DNA of 63,144 nt, counting the filler, from Octopus bimaculoides (taxonomy: Eukaryota): assembly GCF_001194135.2 (NCBI RefSeq). It is 6 parts of 6 records of this genome, joined end to end, with 100 filler letters (N's around TTAATTAATTAA, not from the genome) between each part and the next. Parts side by side here need not be neighbours in the genome. Positions count along the whole stretch, not along the records: positions 1 to 21,037 come from NC_068984.1; 5 more parts are not named here. The stretch is one strand, 5' to 3'. Below are positions 1 through 12,215 of this stretch, piece by piece (within the stretch, counting starts at the first letter, position 1; the number at the start of each line of letters is the position of its first letter). The notes beneath the pieces are model-generated. The model did not search any database. It was not told where the DNA came from and saw nothing but the letters and a program-made list of their open reading frames with translations. A program made the translations under genes and the position numbers.

Positions 1-71
1 TATATATATAAGTAGACAGACAGGCATACAAACACACAGACAGACACACAGACAGACACACAGACAAACAA

Positions 72-100
72 ACAGAGAAACGGATAGATAGATAGATAGA

Positions 101-163
<63 letters not shown>
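72..163. repeat. (GATA)n microsatellite
   Basis: Direct reading. Confidence 0.95.
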
Positions 164-995
164 CGAGCAGAAGTACTGATTCGTTTCCGTGATAACTAAA
201 GTAAAGACAATCATATATATTTGGGATAAATTGTTTTAAACAAACGCTTGCAGTATTCACTCAACCTATGCATGTTGGCTCACTCAAAGTTTTCCTATCC
301 TTACTCTGCAGGTGATTCAAATTGAGTTTCATGGAAGTTGAGCTTCATGAAAAAGGATATTAAAAAAAAAACAGTATATTAAATAAAATAAAAGCAGAGC
401 AAAATTAAATTTTGTCTTTATTCTAATTTTCTCGGGCAATATATTTTTCAAATTATCATACTAATTGACATAACTGTAAATGAGTTATATTTCTAATCAG
501 TAATATTGTCTTTCGTATGGTGAAGTGTGTGTGACAATACTATCTTTTTAGGTTTCTTTTTTTCTTAATAGCTAAAACGAACAAATTTCAGAAAAATGTC
601 ATATAATCTACATTTGTGTTGACATTTGCGTTGCTACTATACAAAATTTCAGCTTCTTAAGTGCAAAATGTGGCCTACAATTTAGAAAATACATATGAAC
701 ATAGTGTGTGTGTGTATGTGCATATATTATATATTTCGCTCAGGCACACCGATGCTTATAACCTGCGTTAGAACTCATTATACATATACTTTAGAACAAA
801 TCATCACTTAAAGACAAAGCGGTAACAGGAAATTTTAATAAGGGAAAGAAATGACCTCACGTAGTACCATTATATATATGTGTGGGGGGTGTATTTTATT
901 AATTTTGCCTGTACGGCTGGTATTCGCTGCCACTAATGATGGTATTTTGATAGTACTATCACTCTCATATTTACTTATGTATGTATGTATGTATG

Positions 996-1273
996 TATTC
1001 TATCGGTGTCTTTTACCGAACCGCTAAGTTACGGGGACGTAAACACACCAACATCGGTTGTCAAACGATGGTGGGAGGGACAAACACAGACTCAAACACA
1101 CACACACTCACATATATATATGCATACGATGGGTTTCTTTCAGTTTCCGTCTACCAAATCCACTTACAAAGCTTGGGTCGGCCGGAGGGTATATTAGAAG
1201 ACACTTGCCCAAGGTGCTATGCAGCGGGACTGAACCAGAAACCATGTGGTTGGTAAGCAAGCCACTCCTGCGC
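996..1273 (-). mobile_element. tRNA-type SINE, family A (5' two-thirds)
   Basis: Reverse complement starts gcgcaggagtggcttgcttaccaaccacatggtttctggttcagtccc (tRNA-like head) and has an internal microsatellite; matches copies at 7322, 38012, 43729, 54165 and 60543. Confidence 0.85.
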
Positions 1274-2194
1274 TACATATATAAATATGTGTGTCCGTCT
1301 GTCTGTATGTGTCTCTGTGTGTGTCTGTGTCTGTGTGTGTGCGTGCGTATGCGTGCGTGTGTGTGTGTGTATGTTTATTCACATGATCACATGATTTGAT
1401 GCTCTGTTAAACAGGAAGGTATATCTTTCCATCTAGCAAAGCAAGTATAATTTCAGTTGGAGTTCAGTGAACCCATTTACGTAGAGCTTGATGTTTCAGT
1501 ATATGATTTCATGTATTAAACCTCAAATAAAATATCCTGTCAAATATGTCAAATACTACTATCTTTGATGATTAAAATATTTGTAAGCCTGTATCGAAAT
1601 TATCAAATTAAAGATATTTGTATTTACATATAATAGCTGTGATGTTTAATCAAGTCTTCTAAAGCATAGCATGTTTAGCTCTAATGGGTAAAAGCTAAAA
1701 TCAGCACGTGATCATGGAATTAGTTTCACGAGGGCTTATCTCTAAGCACTTAATGGCTCCCGAACAGCAAAAGAACAAATGATCACATATTGCAAATGAG
1801 AGGTATATTAAAGTGAATTTACTTGAGTATAGAATTGGTACTTATTTTACCAAAATAAGAATAGAGATCCATGAATAGAGATCCATGAAATTAGATATTT
1901 TATGATTGTAGTCTTCGACTTCACTAAATACCTCGCCCCATGTTATAGATTTTTCTCATTTCTTTTCATGTGACATTTTATAAATTTTGAGAAAATTGTA
2001 ATAACATGTTGTGATACTCATTACCTTTTCTCAGAAATGTTTGTCGTATGAGGAGATGTAATTTCAACTGAGATTTTAATGCGGGTTACAATCTTGTCTC
2101 ACAAAGAGTGTATCCCTTGATTTATCTCGTTCGATCTATATCTGTTTAATTATTCATTTATTTTGATTAAGCATTATGAAGTGGGTAAGATGAG

Positions 2195-2400
2195 ATGAAC
2201 TGGGAGAATCATTAAAGCGTAGGAAAATATGCCTCACAACATATCTTCCGGCTCATTACAATCTGAGTTCAAGTTTCGCCGAGGTCAACTTTACTTTTCA
2301 TACTTCTGGAATCGATTAAATAAAGTACCAATGAAGTACTAAAGTCGATGGTATCGACAAATCCTCTCCTTTCACAATTACCGACATGTGCCTAAATTAG
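2195..2400 (+). mobile_element. Degenerate tRNA-type SINE, family B
   Basis: ctgagttcaagtttcgccgaggtcaacttt...aaataaagtacc...gtcgatggtatcgac matches family B copies at 10217 and 10488. Confidence 0.7.
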
Positions 2401-2477
2401 TAGTCATTAGGAAGTGAGTGCGTCGTAGTGACTAATTGATGAGATAACCTATATTCAAAAACAAATTTTATTTTCAG

Positions 2478-2652
2478 CTGTGCTGTTGGAAGGTTCAGGA
2501 GAAATATGATCTAGAAAAATGTATAGAAGTTGGTTTAGTAAATCAGTATGTTCTTACTGGTTTGGAAAAACATTTCCTCTACAATGTACGAGTGATGGCG
2601 AGCAGTGCAGGTGGTGATGGCAAAAGAAGTGAGACAACATATTTCACATTAG
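2478..2652 (+). CDS. Cont: Penultimate coding exon of a contactin-like gene (C-terminal half of last fibronectin type III domain)
   Basis: Acceptor ttttcag at 2471-2477, donor gtaggt at 2653. 175 nt (phase 0 to phase 1), open: LCCWKVQEKYDLEKCIEVGLVNQYVLTGLEKHFLYNVRVMASSAGGDGKRSETTYFTL. The GL..xxYxVRVxA..GGDG..S pattern is an FN3 C-terminus like the last FN3 of invertebrate contactin (recalled motif). Confidence 0.82.
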
Positions 2653-3084
2653 GTAGGTGGCATTGTTTCAGAATTTCTTATCATTCAGAATTGCTTGTCC
2701 TTATACTAAGGTATTTAGAAAGTAAAAAGTGATTCAACAATATCCGTGTAGTGTATTATTGGCTTTCGGAGGTTTTTGATACTTTTTTTGTTTTTGTTTT
2801 TATTTTGGCGGGAGGGAATCTTGTATCGTCATGATACATCAAATGTCATATAACTATTGCAAACATAACTCCTTTGGGAGGATTTCTTATGCCTATATAT
2901 TATCTAAGAAAATGCCTCGTAGAAAACTACCTTTGCATCATGAGTGCAGCAAGTGAAATGTCATGGCATGTCACTGCTATGCATGGGAAGAATGCGAAAG
3001 CGATCGGATAGGACATCACTCCTATCTCTTTTTTTCTTTCCTTTTTTTTTTCTTTTTGAATGGCTTATATTATAGGGTTGCAAA

Positions 3085-3254
3085 AGGCGGTGAGCTGGCA
3101 GAAACGTTAGCGTAACTAGCATCGATTTCATCGACCCCGGATTGATGAAATAAACGTCGAACTCAGCGGAATTTGAACACAGAACGTAACAAAGGGCGAA
3201 ATACCGCTAAGCATTTCGTCCAGCGTGCTAACGATTCTGACAGCTCGCCGTCTT
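3085..3254 (-). mobile_element. Family B SINE (minus) with a short plus-strand SINE head at 3085-3111 forming an inverted repeat
   Basis: 3085-3111 and reverse complement of 3227-3253 match at 23/27 nt; body matches family B. Confidence 0.8.
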
Positions 3255-3320
3255 TGTTGTTTAAAACTAATAACACTTCCTAAGCTGTACTATATGTTTA
3301 TTTCTTCCTTTTATTTTCAG

Positions 3321-3439
3321 GTGGACAGATACCCTTTGATCAATTGCAATTTGATGTTCTCGCAACAGGGTCTTACTTATCAGCAATTAAAATACTCATT
3401 GTAGCATCAATAATTATCAATTTTATTTTACAGTTATGA
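3321..3439 (+). CDS. Cont: Terminal coding exon of the contactin-like gene with GPI-anchor-type hydrophobic C-terminus
   Basis: Acceptor tttcttccttttattttcag ending 3320; phase matches the upstream exon (G|GT). Translation GGQIPFDQLQFDVLATGSYLSAIKILIVASIIINFILQL*, TGA at 3437-3439. Ends in a hydrophobic stretch with no cytoplasmic tail. Confidence 0.8.
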
Positions 3440-3981
3440 TTTCTAACTTGGTGGATTTCAATTTAATTTGAAGATGAAGCTTAGAAATATATAAATTCTT
3501 TGTGGCTTGCATAACTTGTTAAACTAAAGTTGACATTTAAAGTACTAAATACTGTGAATATATTACGCTATAGACTTGATCATCTTTATATTAGATGTAT
3601 ATTGGTACCAACTCTTGTATTGCAAACTGATTCAAATTTTCTGTCTGAATAACCATAATTCACTTACATGACTCCAAAATCATAAATATCACATTTTCTT
3701 ATTTTCGAACCACTGAAATTCTCATACGAAGCAACTATTTTATATATATCATAAAGTGCTATATTAAATGGAAGACTAAATTGAAATATTCCCTTTCCAA
3801 TTATTTTGACTGTTATCACTCAGGGTCAAATTTTAGAATAGCAAGTCTCAAGACGTGTAATTAACTGGTCGGCATAACCCGTATAAACCTTGATCAACAT
3901 CTATATTCTGATAATTACAAATGTTATTACAATAAACGCAGAATCAATTCCTATTCAATAGTCAGATTACGTCATGTTATG

Positions 3982-4057
<76 letters not shown>

Positions 4058-4192
4058 AAAGTCTGCCGAAATATGGGACTAGCTATATGCCTAAATTATT
4101 CTGTAATAAAATACAGTTGACAATACTTTCTATGTAAACATGTTTATTTCCAATAAAGCTAATTTCTATGTAAACATGTTCATTTCCAATAA
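3440..4192 (+). other. Probable 3' UTR of the contactin-like gene with several AATAAA signals
   Basis: AT-rich sequence after the stop, AATAAA near 3931, 4105, 4152 and 4187 (last two in a ~35-bp tandem duplication). True end unknown. Confidence 0.4.
3985..4056. repeat. (CT)n microsatellite
   Basis: Direct reading. Confidence 0.95.
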
Positions 4193-5413
4193 AATTACTC
4201 TTAAACCACGAACTGAACTATTTCAAAGATAGTTTAACATTATTGGGGACGAACTTTTCAGTTAATCTGGTGTAGTTATAAAATATACCACAGCAATTCT
4301 ATACCACAGGATATAAACCTGTCCGTGTATATCATCAAAATGCAATATCAAGATATAAAGGCTATGACAGATTTCGAAAACATAATTCGTGTTGGTCTTT
4401 GAAGATATTTATGATCTTCCAGTCAATAAGCAAAAATAATTCTACAAAACTATCCGTTCGTACCTGAAAAACGTATTTCAAGATATAAGAATATGCTTGT
4501 CAAAAGCATATCTAATACTATTCCTTCGTTTCACGTAATTCTTATAATTCAAAACAGGCTGTAGTTATCCCGATTTTGTGAAGTAAATCTGCAGTGGGGG
4601 TTCGAGAACATCTGAGATTTCGAAAAAAAAAACATCAAGTGGGGAAAGAATTGAGAATTTGTGTTAGATAGTTGACAACATTTCTTTAACATCAACCATC
4701 GGAATTAGATTGGTACCTGTTGGATGACAGTAACATTTGTATTTTGAACAATGTCATTTTTGCAGAGTTAAGATTGTACGGTTACAAACTCATTCGTGGT
4801 TTTTAAAATTCTGTGGGAGGCTATGACGAACTTTCAGTAGCATATCTTGAGATGCGTTGCTGATTGTTTCACGACATTTTTTCTTTTATTGTATTTTGTA
4901 TTTTTACATTCCCCATCTCATTATCAGCTGGTAGCTGACTATCGAGTTCAACTAAAATATAAAATTTACAAGCTGAACCTCTAAATCATCGCTGTTAAAC
5001 TCAACAAACATATTCGTAGAAATATGAATTTTTTCTTCTTGTCTCCAAGTATAAATCTCTTTGAGGCGCGCTCTCAACTTGTCAGCAGGTCAGGTATATG
5101 CTTTGGGAAGAATGTTAGTGTTCGTTTGAAATCACAAGAGGTTTTGACTGTAACTCTATTGATGTTAATGTTTCTTCTGAGACTTGGAGAAAAAAATCGA
5201 AAGTCTTAAAAAAGCCTCTGTGAAACATTTAGCGCTGATTCTTTATTTTCACCTGAGCCTGATTCAGAATTTCTGCCTGCCTTACTCCTTTATCTATATT
5301 GCACTTTGCAATATAGATAAAGGAGGTGAAAATGAGAGTAGCTACATCGAAATCCATTCTTCACCAAGTGCCACATATTAGAGGAGGATCTTAGTAATAA
5401 AAGTGTAGAAAAA

Positions 5414-5650
5414 CGGCGGTGCTCCAGCATGGCCACAGCTCTGAGCTGAAACTACAAAAAAAAATGATTTAAAGTGCATAATCTAGGAATCCTTTCGGGG
5501 TCACTAAAAGTAATTTAAAGAGCATAGACCAGGAATTCTTTCGGGGTCGACAAAAATAAGTACCAGTTTGAGCACTAGGGTCGATATAATCGACTTAACC
5601 CCGCCTTAGAAAGTGCTGACATGGTGCCAAAATGTGAAGCCATTAATTCT
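5414..5650 (+). mobile_element. SINE fragments: family A 3' tail (5414-5460) and family B 3' part
   Basis: ggcggtgctccagcatggccacagc tail; ctttcggggtcgac...aataagtaccagtttgagcactagggtcgat. Confidence 0.7.
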
Positions 5651-6541
5651 AGCTCCTTTGCATTTGAAAATAATTACATATAGATATGATACATACATAC
5701 ACACACACGCACACACACATTATATATATATATGTGTGTGTGTGTTTACATATATGTATATATACACATACACATATTTAATGTGTGTGTGCGTTTCTTG
5801 GCGTATGTGTATTTATCCATATATATATATATAATGTATTATACGACGCCAGTATAAAAGTGTGCATGAGGTCATAGTTAATAGCATATATACCTGTATG
5901 AATTCTAGTATCGTTCTGTAACGAACTATAAAACAAATTCAATAAAAACGGGAAAATAATACTTCTAAACAAATGCAAAAGGAAAAATTATTTCAGATTC
6001 TTGTGAAGAATACACGAGAATTTATGACACAAATATAAAAAAAAAAATTACATTCAATAAATTTAGAAATGTAAAGAATAGTTCTTCGGAAAGATTTATT
6101 AAACATTACTCAACTGCGGGATTCATCTGACATTTATCATGTACAGGCAATATAGATTTTTTTTTCTTTCATTTTGTCCTTGCTACAAATGTCGTTTTTG
6201 TAAAGAAATTATCTATGAATATTGTCAGTGGAGGAGGCTGGTAGATTGTATCAGTTCAGTATTAAGGATAATAAAATGGTAATGTTATGGTAAACAATTG
6301 AAATAATAACAAATGATAAATACATTGTTACATCGTTGTGTGCAAAAATATTTCACGTCACGTTGTTATTGAATTCATTTAGGTTTTAACCTGTCTTTCA
6401 AAGTGGTTCATTGCTTGACCAAATGACAGCAACAACTTGAAATCTTTGGACAGAAACTTAACAAAATTGAATGCTATAATTGTAGTGTACATATGCACAT
6501 ATCCTCTCAGACAACATTTTAAATGTTTGTGTGTGTGAGTG

Positions 6542-6544
<3 letters not shown>

Positions 6545-6602
<58 letters not shown>

Positions 6603-6625
6603 TGATGATGATAAAAATAATAATT
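6545..6625. repeat. (AAT)n/(GAT)n microsatellite
   Basis: Direct reading. Confidence 0.95.
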
Positions 6626-6724
6626 TAAGTAACCATATGAGTGTGTGTATGTATGTATGTATGTATGTATGTTTGTACGTATGTATATACTTGTATGTAT
6701 GTCATTATTCAGTTCTATTTCAAG

Positions 6725-7260
6725 ATTTTTGCCAATAGAGAATGAGCCGGTTTCTAACCTAGATCCAAGGTTCCTTCATTGGAATTTCAGCAACATCAAC
6801 AGGGTATTTTTGTATGTATGCATGTATGTATGTATGTATGTATACGTGCAGATTTGTATGTTTTGTTTTACGTATGTATTTTCATGCATTACGTATGTAT
6901 TTTCATGTTTATCTAGACATGCTCATATATACTTAAATGATAAACTTCTGGAAAGTTTTACAGATTTTTACAGTTCCAGTAATGGCTTGGATCTGTAGTC
7001 TTCGAATCATCTTTCTTCTTTCTGGTTTTTAAAAGCCTAATTTGTCAAGATTGGTATTTAGGCAGTGTGTTACATATCCTCGCGCTCCAATAATTACAAG
7101 TATAAACCTGAACTTGTAATCTGGATAGAATAACTGAAAATTTCTTAATAGTTCAACGTAGGCATTTTGTTTTTCGCTGATCTGCAACTTTATGTTAACA
7201 TTCGCGTACTCCGAATCCTCTAGTCCGATCCATCATTTCCTACATTCTTTCTCACACGCT
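6725..7260 (-). mobile_element. 3' end of an RLE-type non-LTR retrotransposon (restriction-like endonuclease C-terminus plus 3' UTR) next to (CATA)n
   Basis: Minus translation VNIKLQISEKQNAYVELLRNFQLFYPDYKFRFILVIIGARGYVTHCLNTNLDKLGF*KPERRKMIRRLQIQAITGTVKICKTFQKFII*; EK..Y..L and IIGA.G motifs of the RLE domain; one in-frame stop. Confidence 0.7.
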
Positions 7261-7321
7261 CTTAACCTCTTCAAAGTGTACCTATAATCTACATGATGTA
7301 ACTGTTCGTAACTCTTTTCCT

Positions 7322-7545
7322 ATAAATGTGTGTGTTTGTGTGTTTGTGTGTCTGTGTTTGTGCCCCCAACATCGCTTGACAACCGATGCTGGTGTGCTTA
7401 CGTCTCCGTAACTTAGCGGTTCAGCAAAAGAAACCGATAGAATGAGTACTAGGCTTACAAAGAATAAGTCTTGGATCGATTTGCTCGACTAAAGGCGGTG
7501 CTCCAGCATGGCCGCAGTCAAATGACTGAAACAAGTAAAAGAGAA
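7322..7545 (+). mobile_element. Family A SINE, 3' half
   Basis: cccccaacatcgcttgacaaccgatgctggtg...aaggcggtgctccagcatggccgcagtcaaatgactgaaacaagtaaaaga. Confidence 0.85.
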
Positions 7546-7744
7546 AAAAAATGAGAAATGTATAAAAATAATTTTTAATTCCATTAGACATTCTAAAATA
7601 CTATTAAATTTTTAAAAAGTTAAAATCGGACAGAACTTATGAGATGACCTGATATCTTTAAATGAATAATAAACAAGTCGTCGTCGTCGTCATCATCATC
7701 ATCATCATCTTCATCATCATCATCATACTGTTATTATTATCATT

Positions 7745-8170
7745 AAAGGCAGCGAGGTGGCTGAGTTGTTATCGCGCCAGACAAAATGCTTAGCGGCATT
7801 TCGTCCGATTCTTTACGTCCTGAGTTCAAACACTGCCCAGCTCGACTTTGCCTTTAATCTTTTCCATGTCAATAAAATAAGTACCAGTTGAGCACTGGGG
7901 TCGATGCAATCGACTTTCTCGCCCCTCGAAATTGCTGGCCTTGTGCCCCATTGTTAAACACTGGTGGCGAGTTGCAGAATCGTTAGCGCCCTGAGCAAAA
8001 TGCTTAACATTTTTTCGCCTGTCTTAATGTTCTGAGTTCAAATTTCGCGAAGTCTACTTTGTCTTTTATCCTTTCAAACGATAAAATAAGTACTAGTTAA
8101 GCATCGGGGTCGATGTAATCAATAGTCCAAAATTTCAGCCCTTGTGCCTATAGTAGAAAGGATTATTATT
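7745..8170 (+). mobile_element. Two tandem family B SINEs
   Basis: Copies at ~7745-7950 and ~7965-8170 with B-box-like gagttcaaa; the second ends agaaaggattattatt. Confidence 0.85.
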
Positions 8171-9542
8171 TTTATTAATAATATTTTGGTTGTTTTGAGA
8201 TGATTGGACGTATTTCGACTCACTCTCTCAATATTATAGATTTTTTTACTGAATGAATTTACAAGAAAAATTGCTTACTAATGGGGACTTTCTACGGAAA
8301 GAGACAGGAACTTGATAGTTTGCGAGGAGAATTTGTCTGTTCAAAGGAAAAATAGTATTTAATTTGCGAAGTAAAAATCTTAGATCGTAAATTAACAATA
8401 CGGCTAAGCTATGCAGAAACACTCCCCAAAACCCAATCGAGAGCAAATACATTTGTTGTGGGTAGTAAAGAAAAAAAGTAATTAAATTTCTCTTCAAAAT
8501 ATATATATTTAACAAAAACAAAAATTAATGAGGTGGGGTAAAGGCAGATGGAGCGGAATACAGTGACTCCAATAACAGATATCAGAATATAAAGGACAGT
8601 TTTTCACTCGTGTCTGTAAACTGTCCATATTCGTCTTTATGCTAAATGTATCATATTTTAATATGTGCTATATACTACCCTCATCCAACCGTTTATTATA
8701 TAGATATTCTGTAATCCCTGTTTGTGTGATACATTTGTGTTCGATGTGTTGGCTCTTTTGTGGAATATATAATGGATTATTATTACTTCATTGCACGGTA
8801 TGGATCTAAAATACGTTTTTTGTCGATTTATCTTCAACCTGTCACCTTTAACAAAAAAGAGAGACAGTATCTTTCAAAGAATATAAGTCGTTCCAAGGAC
8901 GGCAATAAATAAAAGGTTATTATTGTTTTAGTTATTGCTTTCGCTACCGTTGTTGTTGTTGCTGTTGGTGTGTTTATTGTTGCTCCTGCGATTGTTGTTG
9001 TTGTCTTATGTTGTTACTATTTATCAGCTGTCACTGGCTGAATGGTAAAAAGAGGGATCATGTTTTAAACAGTTAATTTGGAAAAAAATAATTGACATTG
9101 ATTGTTAATAGAAGTTTAATTAATGGAAAAACAAGAAAGAGTAAAACCAGTATTATTATCGTGTGTGGCTGATATTACGAATTAGACTAACTTGAAATAC
9201 AGTGGGTGTGTAAGGACAGAAAAGAAAGCCAGATATATTGCAATATGAGAGCGGCTGATAAATAATAGTTATTATTATTACTTCAGTGCAGTGGGACAGG
9301 TTTTGACTGTATGTGGTGATTTGCATTCGTTTTTGCATTTCCTATTGTACTTACGGCGCTCGGACAATTCCTTGTAGGTCAATTTATACTTATTTATAAG
9401 AGTTTTTTCTTTGTAAAAAGCTCCTATTTCTCAGTATTCATAGTAAATATAATTTGTTTGCCTTAGATTCTGGGTGCTGTATTATAGATATACTTCATAT
9501 TTTTCTTGTATTTTTTACTTTGTGTAATATAGCAAGTTTGTA

Positions 9543-9742
9543 GTGAAGGCGCGTATCGCATAGTGGTTAGAGTGTTACACTCGCGATTGAAAGATGGTAG
9601 TTTTGATTCCCGAACCGAACGATGCATTGTGTTCTTGAGCAAAACGCTTCGTTTTACGCTGTTCCACTCCGCTCATCTGTAAATGAGTTTCAGCAACAGC
9701 TGGAAAGTTAACCCTGCGACAGATCGACGTCCTGTTCAGGAA
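9543..9742 (+). mobile_element. tRNA-type SINE, family C
   Basis: A-box-like gcatagtggttagagtg, B-box-like gattcccg, core ttgtgttcttgagcaaaacgcttc; related reverse copy at 54640-54846. Confidence 0.7.
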
Positions 9743-9744
9743 GA

Positions 9745-10215
9745 AGAGAGAGTATTGTAAAATATTCTTTTTTCACTGAGTTGGTATTCAATGCCTGGTC
9801 CTGGGCAGTGCTGATTAGGCTTTCTTTTTTTAGGTCACCCTTGTTGAGCCACCTCCGTGATGCTTCCTGATCTTTTACTTTGTCGGTTTCACTGATCATG
9901 TAATTCCATACGGAGTAGGGCTTCTTCTCTCTCGTTGGCTGTTCTTGATACGAATTCATGAGCACACTCAAGTCCATTTTTGTTAACTCCTTCTGCGTTA
10001 GCAGCATACTGTAGCAGGTCTTGTTTTCTGTTTACCAAATATTCTGCCATGTTTCTTCTTTCATTGTTGATGCACTCCCCTACACTAATCTGCCCACGTC
10101 CACCTTTACCTCTCTTCATGTAGAGCCTGTGTACATTTGTCTTAGGGTGGAGGGTACCATGCATTGTTATTGTCTTTCGAGTAGTGCGATCGAGTCGGTT
10201 AATCTCCATTTGTGT
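9745..10215 (-). mobile_element. R4/Dong-like non-LTR retrotransposon fragment (post-RT region), frameshifted
   Basis: INRLDRTTRKTITMHGTLHPKTNVHRLYMKRGKGGRGQISVGECI and WLNKGDLKKESLISTAQDQALNTN match the LHPKS.VDRLY.PR..GGRGL and AAQDQAL.TN motifs of this clade. Confidence 0.85.
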
Positions 10216-10216
10216 C

Positions 10217-10430
10217 CTGGCGAGCTGGCAGAATTGTTAGCACACCGGGCGAAATGCTTAGCGTTATTTCGTCTGCCGCTACGTTCTGAGTTCAAGTTCA
10301 GCCGAGGTCGACTTTGCTTTTCATCCTTCCGGGGGCGATAAATTAAGTATTAGTTACGCACTGGGGTCAATATAATCGACTTAATCCCTTCCCCAAATTT
10401 GAGGCCCTGTGTTTCCTGTAGAAAAGAATG

Positions 10431-10489
<59 letters not shown>

Positions 10490-10705
10490 GGTGGCGAGTT
10501 GGCAGGATCGTTAGCACTGGGTGGCGAAATGTTTAGCGGTATTTCGTCTGCCGGTACGTTCTGAGTTCAAATTCTGCCGACGTCGACTTTGGCTTTCATC
10601 CATTCGAGGTCGATTAAATAAGTACCAGTTACGCACTGGGCTCGATGTAATCGATTTAATCCCTTCCTCAAAATTTGAGGCCTCGTGTTTTCAGTAGAAA
10701 GGACA
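10217..10705 (+). mobile_element. Two tandem family B SINEs separated by (TTA)n (10430-10488)
   Basis: ggcgagctggcagaattgttagcacaccgggcgaaatgcttagc...gttctgagttcaa...gaggtcgactttgc, twice. Confidence 0.9.
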
Positions 10706-12084
10706 ATTATTGTTGTTGTTGTTGTTGTTGTGTTGTTGCTATCAGTTGCTTTTATATAGTTCTATGAATATCCTTCCAGTGAATGAAAGATAATACATGT
10801 GTGATATAAAACGTACTTTGATTGCTCTCTTGAATGAAACCTATTTTGTAGTTGTTTTTTTATCTTTTATCAGATGCAAAATGTTTCTTTTGCACGAAAT
10901 CAATCCTAAATATATTTATTCTTGACAAATTAATATCTACTGACGCTGTCGTGATGAGCAGAGGTCATCCAGTGAGATGATCGATATCTTTTACAATGAA
11001 GTTACAGTTAATAAATCAACTATAAATAACATTCAATGAATATTTTCGGTTTGTATAAGCTTGTGTTACTATGTTACTGCTAATATGTTAAAGTGTCACA
11101 AAATTACAATTAATTCCCCTTGGTAGTTCATATTTCTTTCCGTCGATATATTAAACACAAATAAATCCCAGAACGATGTCTCTCCTCCCCAGATTTTTTA
11201 TAATAAATACAAAGATGAAATTAAAAAAGTAAAGTGCACGAAGTTAACAATAAAAAGTAATTGGAAGCCTGGAAGCAATTTTTAATTTCAAGCTGCAGAA
11301 GTAATTTCAGAATCTGAAGAAACTGGGTTGTTTACATTAGAGGGCTGGCAAGAAATCGCACAGAATCGATATTTAATACTGAAATTTGAATTTTATTTAT
11401 TCATATTTTCTTTGTTAAATTTTTATTTTTTATGCATGTCTGCAAAACAAGTAGCGACTGTGCTTAAAATATATTGTTTTGTAATTGTGTCAATAAACAA
11501 GGTTAGTAGTCAACGTCGAAATCAAAGAACTGAGCGACTTTAAATGAAAGACAATTCAATGATGGATGTGGGTTTCCATAGGAACTGATATAGATACACT
11601 AGCAGAAAACATCTCATAGGTATCTAATTATAAATTTTTTAAACTACTTTTCGTGAACATAAGTTATTGGGTATATCTCCGAAGAACATATCTGGAGGAG
11701 GTCATTTGATATATTTATCGACAACGTATTTCTTTTATTTATAAATGGCTATATGCTCGCTAAACATGATATTGTTTGTAAATGCACACATTCACAGATT
11801 TATCTCGGGAGGCTAGTGATACTTCTGGTATAATAATCTCAAAAAGTTGAAGAGCAAAATTTTATCAGGATGAATTTGAAGTCATGAATGTGGAGATGTA
11901 ATTTAACGCCGTATGGTATTTTAATAGTTAGTCTATCAGTTTTGTGGTCTGCCCCACTCACGACATGTTATGTATATGAATATAGAAATGTTCATATGAG
12001 GTACACCATCCTCGAACAATTATTTTATATGATATCACTTGGATTCTCAACAATGGTTTCTGATTTAAACACAAGCCTGTAAAT

Positions 12085-12215
12085 ATTATGGGAAATAGTT
12101 AATCGATACCATCGACCCCAGTACTTGACTAGTACTTTATTTTATCGATCTAGAAATGAAGGACGAAAGGTGAGGTTGAACTCGACGGGAGTTGAGCAGA
12201 GGACATAATGAACCG
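12085..12215 (-). mobile_element. Degenerate family B SINE
   Basis: atcgacccca gtacttgactagtactttattttatcgatc...gaaggacgaaaggtgaggttgaactcgacgggagttg. Confidence 0.65.

Noticed and set aside
312-420. Acceptor-like ctgcag followed by a possible upstream contactin exon
   Set aside because: All three frames hit a stop within ten codons.
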